NCBI GenBank assembly: GCA_947254465.1
Contig: CAMYEU010000001.1
Span: forward strand, 1 to 33,583
Origin: an uncultured Gemella sp.
Lineage (GTDB): Bacteria > Bacillota > Bacilli > Staphylococcales > Gemellaceae
Direction of reading: 5' to 3'
Length of the DNA: 33,583 nt
Each line of letters opens with the position of its first letter. The stretch's first letter is position 1. The notes beneath the pieces were generated by a model. The model was not told where the DNA came from. It made no database searches and worked only from the letters and a program-made list of their open reading frames with translations. The translations under genes were made by a program, and so were the position numbers. Shown here piece by piece: positions 26,585-33,583 of this stretch.

Positions 26585-29392
26585 ATGACTTTAACAAAAG
26601 AAGAAGCTAAAAATATGAATATACTTGATGTAGCAAATTCTTTAGGGATGAATATGTTAAAGTCAAGTAGAAATGAATATTATTGGGACGAACATGACTC
26701 TTTTAAGATAAATACTTCAAAGAATATGTTCAGATGGTATTCAAAGGATATTGGTGGAGATGTTATTCAGATGGTACAAACTCTTAGAGGAGTATCATTT
26801 AAAGAAGCTATAAATTATCTCGATACCGGGCATTTTGAAGAAGCAAAAGTACAAGAAGTAACTAGAGAACCGTTTAAATATCTATTAGAAAAATATGAAA
26901 CTGATTTTGATAATGGCAGAAGATATTTAAAAGAGGTTCGTGGGCTTTCAGAGAACACTATAGATTTTTTTCTAAAAGAAAAAGTATTAGCTTTAGTCAA
27001 TAGGAAATATAAGGATGGATATTCTGAACAAGTGTTAGTTTTTAAATACTTTGATGACAACAAAAGTATAATAGGTGGGACATTACAAGGTATCGTACCC
27101 AATAAAGATAGGTACGAGGGGAAAGGATATTTAAAACAAATAATTTATAATTCTGATGGAACTGCAGGAGTTAATGTTACTGTAGGAGAGAAAGCCGATA
27201 GATTAATTTTCTTTGAAGCACCTATTGATATGATGAGTTATTATGAACTAAATAAACATAATTTAAACAATGTAAAATTGATTTCAATGGACGGTTTAAA
27301 AGAAATTACAGTAGCAAGATATTTAACAGAATATATTATTACTGATGAAGCTAGGAGAAAGACCTTAGATTTTAGTAATGCAGTAGATTATATGAATTTC
27401 ATAATCAACGACACAGATTATTTTGACGATAATAAGAATACCGATGTAATAACACTAGCTGTTGATAACGATAGTGCAGGAAGAAATTTTATTGGAAAAT
27501 TAGAAAAAATAGGTTTGAAATTCCAAACAGAATTACCTCCTCAATTAAAAAATAAAGAAAAAACTGACTGGAATGAGGTATTAATAGTCCAAAAAAAGTT
27601 GGAGAAAAGCAAAGGAGAGATTAACGTGGAACAGAACACAGAAAATAAAACGATAGAGGAGCTTAATGCTCCTTTTTTTAATGCAGAAATATTAGATGCG
27701 TATGTAGAAGAAGTAATGCAATATTATACAAAAGACATAACTAAAGCTGATTATCTTTTTCCAGATGGTCGTATGGTTAGTTCTTGGGAGTATGGATTAA
27801 GAGGTTCTGATCATAGAACTATTCGTAATTATTTTGATGCTATGGAGCAACCACAATTAGATATTTTAGATAATCACCCTAGGGATTTTTGGAATTTAAT
27901 TCATAATGGTTTAGGTGCAGTTAGGCTTACACCAGAAACTCAAGTAGCACTTATTCTCGAAGGACAGAAATTGACACCTATTCAACAAGAAATATTAAAA
28001 AATAGTGCGTTTACAGTAGAAGTATATCAAGAAAGTAAGGAAATCACACCAGAATATTTAAAAAAGTTAGGAGTAGATTATAAATTCGAAAAAGAAAAAA
28101 TAAGTAATTTAGGTAGTAAAGAAGAACAGAATGTAAGTTTACAAAAATTAGTAGATAGTAAAAAAATAAATCAATGGCAAAAACAACCAGAATATTATTT
28201 TGTAAAAGGTTTAAGAAAAGTAGCAGTAAAATTAGAAAATGGAAGATTAAGATTATCTAAAAAATATCCTCCTAAAAACGATAATGAAAAGCAGTACATA
28301 AAAGATTTATTTGAAGGAAAAGATGTATCGATAAGTGAAATAAGATTACAGAAACTACCCGAAAACACTCCAAAAGAAGAAAAAGAAAAAATAATAATAG
28401 AAAACTTAGCTTATGGGAATGATGCAAAAGGACTTAATGAGCATTTAAAAATGGGTTTAAAAGAATATGTAAATTCTGATCAATATAAAAAATATTTAGA
28501 TACAATTAGTAAGTTTCATAACTATTCAAGAAGGAATATAGACTTAATTCATCAGCAAAAACCAGATGCAACTTTAATCGCAGGAGCTAAAAAATGGAAT
28601 GAGAGTTTTGGACGATATATAAATAAAGGTGAAAAGGGATTTACAATATATGCACCGAGTGAGCATAAGGTTAAGGATTTAAATGGAGATTTTGTATTAG
28701 ATGAAGATGGAAAAGTAAAAACTAATATACGTTTCATTCCAGTAAAAGTTTTTGATGTGAGCCAAACAAACGGTAAGGAATTATCATTAAATTCTGTTGA
28801 GTTAGAAAACAATGTGGAGAATTATGTTAATATTTATAAAGCCTTAAAAGAAATTGCAGATAAAGAGAATATAAAAATTGTTTTTGTAGATAAAGAACTT
28901 ATGCCAAGAGCTTATGGAAGTTATACTCCAGCAAAAAATACAATCGAATTAAGAAAAGGTATGGGGCAGGGAGATACACTTAGTACGTTGATTCATGAAC
29001 TGGCTCATGCAAAATATCAAAGTAAAATTATCACAACAGAAGAATATGCTTTAAATGAGTTACATGCAGAAAGTATAGCTTACGTAACTTCAAAACATTT
29101 AGGATTAGACACAAGTAAGCAAAGCTTCGGTTATTTAAATTCATATATGAAAGATAGAAAAGACTTTACAGATTTAGATAGGGTTATTGACAAAATTCAT
29201 AGTGATGCAAAAGATTTAATTAATAAAATAGATACAACATTAGAAAAAGTAAAATCAAAAGAAGTAACAAAAGATAAATTTCAAAGTAAAATTGAAAGAG
29301 CAATAGAAAAACAAAAAGAAAAAATATCACAAAAAACACAAGAGGTTATGCCAGAAAAAAAGTTTCCAACACAACCAGCGATGAAGAATTGA
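26585..29392 (+). CDS. Polyvalent protein: Toprim primase-like N-terminus, unknown middle domains, ArdC-like ssDNA-binding domain and zincin-like (HExxH) domain
   Basis: Toprim FFEAPIDMMSY / LAVDNDSAG / KTDWNE; ArdC-N FHNYSRRNIDLI...KKW...KGEKG...VFDVSQT; LIHELAHA...ELHAESIAY. Confidence 0.88.
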   Translation: MTLTKEEAKNMNILDVANSLGMNMLKSSRNEYYWDEHDSFKINTSKNMFRWYSKDIGGDVIQMVQTLRGVSFKEAINYLDTGHFEEAKVQEVTREPFKYLLEKYETDFDNGRRYLKEVRGLSENTIDFFLKEKVLALVNRKYKDGYSEQVLVFKYFDDNKSIIGGTLQGIVPNKDRYEGKGYLKQIIYNSDGTAGVNVTVGEKADRLIFFEAPIDMMSYYELNKHNLNNVKLISMDGLKEITVARYLTEYIITDEARRKTLDFSNAVDYMNFIINDTDYFDDNKNTDVITLAVDNDSAGRNFIGKLEKIGLKFQTELPPQLKNKEKTDWNEVLIVQKKLEKSKGEINVEQNTENKTIEELNAPFFNAEILDAYVEEVMQYYTKDITKADYLFPDGRMVSSWEYGLRGSDHRTIRNYFDAMEQPQLDILDNHPRDFWNLIHNGLGAVRLTPETQVALILEGQKLTPIQQEILKNSAFTVEVYQESKEITPEYLKKLGVDYKFEKEKISNLGSKEEQNVSLQKLVDSKKINQWQKQPEYYFVKGLRKVAVKLENGRLRLSKKYPPKNDNEKQYIKDLFEGKDVSISEIRLQKLPENTPKEEKEKIIIENLAYGNDAKGLNEHLKMGLKEYVNSDQYKKYLDTISKFHNYSRRNIDLIHQQKPDATLIAGAKKWNESFGRYINKGEKGFTIYAPSEHKVKDLNGDFVLDEDGKVKTNIRFIPVKVFDVSQTNGKELSLNSVELENNVENYVNIYKALKEIADKENIKIVFVDKELMPRAYGSYTPAKNTIELRKGMGQGDTLSTLIHELAHAKYQSKIITTEEYALNELHAESIAYVTSKHLGLDTSKQSFGYLNSYMKDRKDFTDLDRVIDKIHSDAKDLINKIDTTLEKVKSKEVTKDKFQSKIERAIEKQKEKISQKTQEVMPEKKFPTQPAMKN

Positions 29393-29453
29393 TAATGAGT
29401 TTATTGAAAAGAAATAAAAAGAATAAAGAAGAAAACGAAGGAGAAAAATAAAA

Positions 29454-29846
29454 ATGGAAATAAAAATAAATGATGAAGAAATTTATGAATGGGCAAATAA
29501 CTTGATATTAGAAACGTATGAAAATTCAACACTTGTTGAAGAACAAATATTGAGTTTAACAAGCAGTCTAATGTTAGAACATATCGCACCAGAATATTAT
29601 AATGTAAATGATATTCCAGAAGATATTTTTGAATTAATAGAACATTTAGATTTAGAAAAAGAAAAAATAAGAGTAGAAGAAATACAAAAATTTTCTTTTG
29701 AAAATGAAAATGAAGACATCTTTGAAATTTATAGTATCGCTTTGTACGGATTAAATAATTTTGGTGTAGAACAAATAAAAGAAAATATGAACGAGATAAT
29801 AAAGACATATTTAGATAATCCAGAAATATTGGAAAGTAGTTTATAA
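29454..29846 (+). CDS. Small highly acidic hypothetical protein
   Basis: RBS AAGGAG about 10 nt upstream; by hand count 32 D/E versus 7 K/R in 130 aa. Confidence 0.75.
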   Translation: MEIKINDEEIYEWANNLILETYENSTLVEEQILSLTSSLMLEHIAPEYYNVNDIPEDIFELIEHLDLEKEKIRVEEIQKFSFENENEDIFEIYSIALYGLNNFGVEQIKENMNEIIKTYLDNPEILESSL

Positions 29847-30075
29847 AAAATTTAAAATATGTAAAAAGATAGTGAAGAAATAATTTTGTGATATTTTTTT
29901 CTTTGGAAAATTAGAACGATTATACTTCAAAAAAATTATATGAACAGATAAATTTTTTAAAAGAATAAAATGAATTTTTATCAAATCTAAATTTCAAAAA
30001 TTTCAAATTTAAAAGAAAAAATAAAAATAGAATTTTATAAAAAATAATTTTTCGAAGAAAAATTAAATTAGGGGA

Positions 30076-30290
30076 TTGGGGAATTTCCCCAAAAATAAAA
30101 ATGATTAGTTACTTTCGTTTGCTAAAAACGAAGGTAATTTTTCATTTTTAAAGAGCATAGTGAGTACTCACATGCTACGCTTGCCAGTAGGGAAAAATGT
30201 TAAACAGTGGTGTTTGTAACACGACTGTAACATTTTTCCGAGTATCAAAAAAAATCGATTGTAACAATTTTGTAACATTCGATTTTTTCC
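30076..30290 (+). other. Origin of transfer (oriT), putative nic at CGCTTG^C (30183/30184)
   Basis: Inverted repeat AGCAT-a-GTGAG-ta-CTCAC-ATGCT (30154-30176) followed by ACGCTTGCC, the layout of pCF10/pC221-type MOBP oriTs. Further inverted repeats at 30076-30092, 30096-30150, 30191-30239 and about 30249-30288; directly upstream of mobC. Confidence 0.8.
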
Positions 30291-30316
30291 AATTTTTATA
30301 AAAAAGGAATGATGAA

Positions 30317-30655
30317 ATGAACCGAAAAAGAAAAATTCAAAAGAAAATTTATGTTGATGAGAATGAAAATGAACTTATAAGAAGAAAAATGGAAAAAGCA
30401 AATAAAGAAAATTTTGGATCATTCGCTCGTGAAATTTTATTAACTGGAGAGATAAATTTAATTAACTTTGACGAAATAAAAAAACTTCGTTATGAATTAA
30501 ATAGAATAGGGAATAATATAAATCAAATTGTAAAGCGAGCTAATGAAGATGGGAAAGTAGAAAAAAGTCAACTTGTAGAAATTTTAAAATTTCAAAATCA
30601 ATTAGAAGAAGAAATTAATAAATTATTAAATGAAAAAATAAAGAGGGTGAAGTAA
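30317..30655 (+). CDS. mobC: MobC/PcfF-like relaxosome accessory protein
   Basis: RHH N-terminus and ELNRIGNNINQIVKRAN signature. Confidence 0.93.
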   Translation: MNRKRKIQKKIYVDENENELIRRKMEKANKENFGSFAREILLTGEINLINFDEIKKLRYELNRIGNNINQIVKRANEDGKVEKSQLVEILKFQNQLEEEINKLLNEKIKRVK

Positions 30656-30656
30656 A

Positions 30657-30899
30657 ATGGAAAATGTAGAGAAAATAAATTTAAGTGGAATTGAAAAAAA
30701 GATATTTTTATTCTTATTAGAAAACATTGATTTAACTGTTTATTATACAGACTTACTTTTGAAATTTTCAAAAACTATAGATTTAAAATCCTATACTAAT
30801 ATTAAAATTTTAGTTCATGGAATTAAAGAAAAATTAATAAATACAAAATATAAAATTTTACTTAATAATAATTATAGCTGTATTTTAAAAATGAGGTAA
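30657..30899 (+). CDS. Stand-alone, degenerate OmpR/PhoB-like winged-helix protein
   Basis: LSGIEKKIFLFLLEN...VYYTDLL...IKILVHGIKEKL resembles the Trans_reg_C pattern; RBS GAGGTG; 1-2 bp gaps to both neighbours. Confidence 0.55.
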   Translation: MENVEKINLSGIEKKIFLFLLENIDLTVYYTDLLLKFSKTIDLKSYTNIKILVHGIKEKLINTKYKILLNNNYSCILKMR

Positions 30900-30901
30900 G
30901 T

Positions 30902-32587
30902 ATGGTAGTAACAAAAGTTTTTCAAATTAAAAATAGTAATAAACTAAAACAAGGTGTAAATTATATAGACGACAAAGAAAAAATATCTAAATATGACAAA
31001 GAAGAAAATGGACTAGATGATAAAATTGATTATATAGTTGATGAAAATAAAACTAATCGAAATAAAAGTAATGGCGAGAAAGATTGGGGCGATGTAATAT
31101 TCTTTTCAAATAAAGAATATGTATCAGCTTACGGTTTAACCTCACCGAAATATGCTTTTGAAGAAATGATGATGACAAAAATGCAAGCGAAACAGATTTT
31201 AGGTTCTGATAGGCAAGGAGGAAAAGTTGATGTATTAGCTCATCATATAATACAGAGTTTTTCTCCAGAAGATAATCTGACACCAGAAGAAGTTCACGAA
31301 ATTGGTAGAAAAACAGTTCTTGAACTTACAGGAGGTGAACATGAATTTATAATAGCAACACATCTTGATAAAAATCACATGCATAATCATATTATTTTTA
31401 ACACTACAAATAATGTGACTTTGAAAAAATTCAGATGGCAAAAAGGGACTAAGAAAAGTTTAGAAAATATTTCTGATAAATATGCAGATCTTTATGGAGC
31501 AAAAATTCTGGATAGAGATAAAATTATATCTTACAAAAAATATGAAGCGTACAAAAAGCAAAATACTTTTAGATATGAAATAAAACAAAAGTTAAATTTT
31601 CTATTAAAAAATTCTAACTCAGTAGACGATTTTATAGAGAAAGCAAAATTACTTGGTATAGAAGTAAATACTGAAGGAAAAGAAGTTAAATATAAATTGC
31701 TTAATAGGAAACAGCAAAGAAATGTAAGAGATAGGACATTATCGAAAAAAGGATATTATTCATTTGAAAACATAGAAAAAATGACCGCTGGCAACAAAAA
31801 ATATATTTCAAAAGAAAAAATAAAAGAAATGTATGAAAATCATAAGCAAGAAAGAGAAGAAAATTTTGAAATGAGATTTGTAGTCGAGCCATGGCAAGTT
31901 TTAGAAGAAACCAAACGAGGAATATATGTAGAAGTTGAGTTTGGAATTGCGAATAAGGGGATAGTCTTAGTTCCATATACTAAAATTGATAAAATAGATA
32001 AGGGATATGAAGCGTTCATTAAATCTAATGATTATTTCTATTTTCTTAATGAGGGTAATTCTAAAGAAAATCGATATATAAAAGGTACTACATTAGCAAA
32101 ACAACTTTCAAAAGAAAATGGTGAAGAGGTAGTCTACAAAAATTACTATATAAGTAAAATGGAAAAACTTATAGAGGAATTTAACTATCTTTCAACAAAT
32201 AGGATAACAAATTCTGATGAATTTAAAGATTTTCAAGAGAGATTTGTTGAGAGTTTAGAAAAAACAAACATTGAATTAATTAGATTAGATACAAAAATAG
32301 CAGAATTAAATAAGCTGCATTCAGCTTTGTTAGGTATAGAAGGGGGGAGCGAAGAACAAAAAAGAGTGGCAGAAGAAATATTAGGGAAATTAAAAATATC
32401 AAGAGATGTAAAAATAGAAGATGTAGAAAAATTATTAAATGAAGTTAAGGTAGAAAGAGATATATTGAATATAAAATATAAAGAGACAATAAACGAATAT
32501 AACTACTCTAAAAATATAGAGAAAAATATAAAAATTAGAGGAACTAATAGAAGGTTAGATAATAATAAGAGGGGAAAAATAAAGTAA
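30902..32587 (+). CDS. MOBP-family relaxase (PcfG/LtrB-like)
   Basis: Motif I NYI/DYI, motif II AHHIIQSFSPEDNLTPEEVHEIG, motif III ATHLDKNHMHNHIIFN. Confidence 0.95.
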   Translation: MVVTKVFQIKNSNKLKQGVNYIDDKEKISKYDKEENGLDDKIDYIVDENKTNRNKSNGEKDWGDVIFFSNKEYVSAYGLTSPKYAFEEMMMTKMQAKQILGSDRQGGKVDVLAHHIIQSFSPEDNLTPEEVHEIGRKTVLELTGGEHEFIIATHLDKNHMHNHIIFNTTNNVTLKKFRWQKGTKKSLENISDKYADLYGAKILDRDKIISYKKYEAYKKQNTFRYEIKQKLNFLLKNSNSVDDFIEKAKLLGIEVNTEGKEVKYKLLNRKQQRNVRDRTLSKKGYYSFENIEKMTAGNKKYISKEKIKEMYENHKQEREENFEMRFVVEPWQVLEETKRGIYVEVEFGIANKGIVLVPYTKIDKIDKGYEAFIKSNDYFYFLNEGNSKENRYIKGTTLAKQLSKENGEEVVYKNYYISKMEKLIEEFNYLSTNRITNSDEFKDFQERFVESLEKTNIELIRLDTKIAELNKLHSALLGIEGGSEEQKRVAEEILGKLKISRDVKIEDVEKLLNEVKVERDILNIKYKETINEYNYSKNIEKNIKIRGTNRRLDNNKRGKIK

Positions 32588-32743
32588 AAGAAAAATCAAG
32601 AAATTTGAAGGGAAAAATAATTTAATTAGAACACATTTCATGCTAAAATAAAATATCTTAAACACGAGGATTTCTATCGAACCTTCGCTATTTAGTAGAG
32701 CTTATTTTTATGCATTTTTTTAAAAAAAGGTTTAAAATACCTC

Positions 32744-32772
32744 TTGACTATATACCTTATATAAGGTATAAT
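32744..32772 (+). promoter_or_regulatory. Sigma-A promoter containing a perfect 20-bp palindromic operator
   Basis: TTGACT (32744-32749), 17 bp, TATAAT (32767-32772); TATACCTTATATAAGGTATA at 32751-32770. Confidence 0.88.
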
Positions 32773-32800
32773 TAATAGTGTAAAGAACAGGAGGGATAAA

Positions 32801-33277
32801 ATGATAGAACAAGTAATTAAACAAATAGAAGAATTATTCAACAGTGATTTAACTGATTATAGAATTTCAAAAGATACAGGATTGACACTGAGTGTTATTC
32901 AAAATTACCGCAGTGGTAAGTATGAGTTAGAAAATATGAGTTTTAAAGTAGCAAAAAAATTAATCAGATATTCGGAGGAATTAAAAATGAGAAATTACGA
33001 TAAAATGATGGTAGTAGTAAATGAGTTAGTATTAGAAGATGGAGCAACAGTGAGTTACTGGACTGAAGATAAACCTAACGATTGTACTTGTTGCTATTCA
33101 GTTGAAGAGTTAAAGGCTCACCTAGGATATATGGAAGAAGATGATTATGAAAAATTAATATTCCAGGTTGATAATGGTGATGATTGTGACAAGTCATATC
33201 AGTTTTACATGAGTGAATACAAAGCTGTATTAGATCGTGACGAAATTACATTATCATTCTTACACAACACAAGATAG
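32801..33277 (+). CDS. HTH (AcrIIA13-15 N-terminal/Aca13-like) fused to an acidic 96-aa domain of unknown function; candidate anti-defence protein
   Basis: RBS AGGAGG; HTH IEELFNSDLTDYRISKDTGLTLSVIQNYRSGKYELENM; internal GGAGG plus in-frame ATG at 32987. Confidence 0.75.
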   Translation: MIEQVIKQIEELFNSDLTDYRISKDTGLTLSVIQNYRSGKYELENMSFKVAKKLIRYSEELKMRNYDKMMVVVNELVLEDGATVSYWTEDKPNDCTCCYSVEELKAHLGYMEEDDYEKLIFQVDNGDDCDKSYQFYMSEYKAVLDRDEITLSFLHNTR

Positions 33278-33282
33278 AAATT

Positions 33283-33307
33283 AAGCTCCAAAATAAAGGG
33301 GCTTTTT
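33283..33307 (+). terminator. Intrinsic terminator closing the HTH-fusion cassette
   Basis: AAGCTCC-aaaataaa-GGGGCTT-TTT, 5 bp after the stop. Confidence 0.7.
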
Positions 33308-33491
33308 GTGTGGAGATTTAGGGAAAATTATCTGAATACTTGTTAAATTCTGATGTACTGACGAATACATGTTTTGCACATATGTTGTTAAAATCAAATT
33401 TAGAAGATGAATATAATATGTGTATAATAAATTTATTTCATGAGACAATAAAATGAAAGAGAGGAAAATAAAAAATAAGTTGTTCAAGGCA

Positions 33492-33519
33492 TTGACAAGT
33501 CCCAAATAACAGTTATAAT
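33492..33519 (+). promoter_or_regulatory. Consensus sigma-A promoter pointing out of the window
   Basis: TTGACA (33492-33497), 16 bp, TATAAT (33514-33519). Confidence 0.75.
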
Positions 33520-33525
33520 ATTGGA

Positions 33526-33583
33526 GTATCCAATGTATCCAATGTATCCAATGTATCCAATGTATCCAATGTATCCAATGTAT
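33526..33583 (+). repeat. Perfect 9-bp tandem repeat (GTATCCAAT), 6 copies plus a partial, truncated by the window end
   Basis: Units at 33526, 33535, 33544, 33553, 33562 and 33571; partial at 33580. Confidence 0.97.

Larger units (their letters stand above)
1..33583 (+). mobile_element. Conjugative element (Inc18-type replicon plasmid or TnGBS1-like ICE) with pCF10/TnGBS-like T4SS and MOBP relaxase
   Basis: Co-oriented rep, parA, virB4, virD4, oriT, mobC, relaxase and LPXTG adhesins. No chromosomal housekeeping genes, integrase or transposase in the window, so the ends are not visible. Confidence 0.93.

Noticed and set aside
29850..30070. Palindromes and promoter-like hexamers in the A/T tract before oriT
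   Set aside because: Extreme A/T content makes such matches expected; no specific element can be supported.
30902..32587. Group II intron interruption of the relaxase (as in ltrB)
   Set aside because: The ORF is continuous through all three relaxase motifs, and there is no reverse transcriptase in the window.
286..33505. All minus-strand ORFs in the track (for example 11750-12046, 14911-15414, 29401-29808, 33281-33505)
   Set aside because: Nearly all lie opposite well-supported + strand genes, lack RBSs and have the F/L/S/I-rich composition expected from the antisense of A-rich codons. 33281-33505 is intergenic but has no RBS or motif.
33526..33583. CRISPR array, or stacked 9-bp TnGBS target-site duplications
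   Set aside because: No spacers and no cas genes. TnGBS elements insert upstream of the -35, whereas this array is downstream of the -10, and no transposase or terminal inverted repeat is visible.

Overview
The window is an almost complete, very AT-rich Gram-positive conjugative element, with every credible gene on the + strand. The host is probably a low-GC Firmicute (Gemella/Streptococcus-like; inference). In order it carries: an Inc18-type replicon (attenuated leader, RepR/RepE/RepS-family initiator, downstream origin); a type Ib par pair; a PC4/YdbC ssDNA-binding protein; a pCF10/TnGBS-like type IV secretion module (pilin-like, VirB6, PrgI, VirB4, wall hydrolase, VirB8-like, PcfB, VirD4); an AbrB-like regulator and a membrane protein; two LPNTG surface proteins (Sec10/PrgA surface exclusion, and an Antigen I/II adhesin with seven C2 domains); a primase-ArdC polyvalent protein; oriT, mobC and a MOBP relaxase. 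No integrase or transposase is present, so plasmid versus TnGBS-like ICE cannot be decided. Best candidates for something new: (1) a self-contained cassette at 32744-33307 that fuses an AcrIIA13-15/Aca13-like HTH to an unrecognised acidic domain, with a palindromic operator and an internal start (candidate new anti-CRISPR or anti-defence protein); (2) two perfect WalR-type boxes beside nic, plus a stand-alone OmpR-like winged-helix gene between mobC and the relaxase; (3) internal terminators that leave no room for promoters, hinting at antitermination. All family assignments come from motif recognition and recalled sequences, not database searches.
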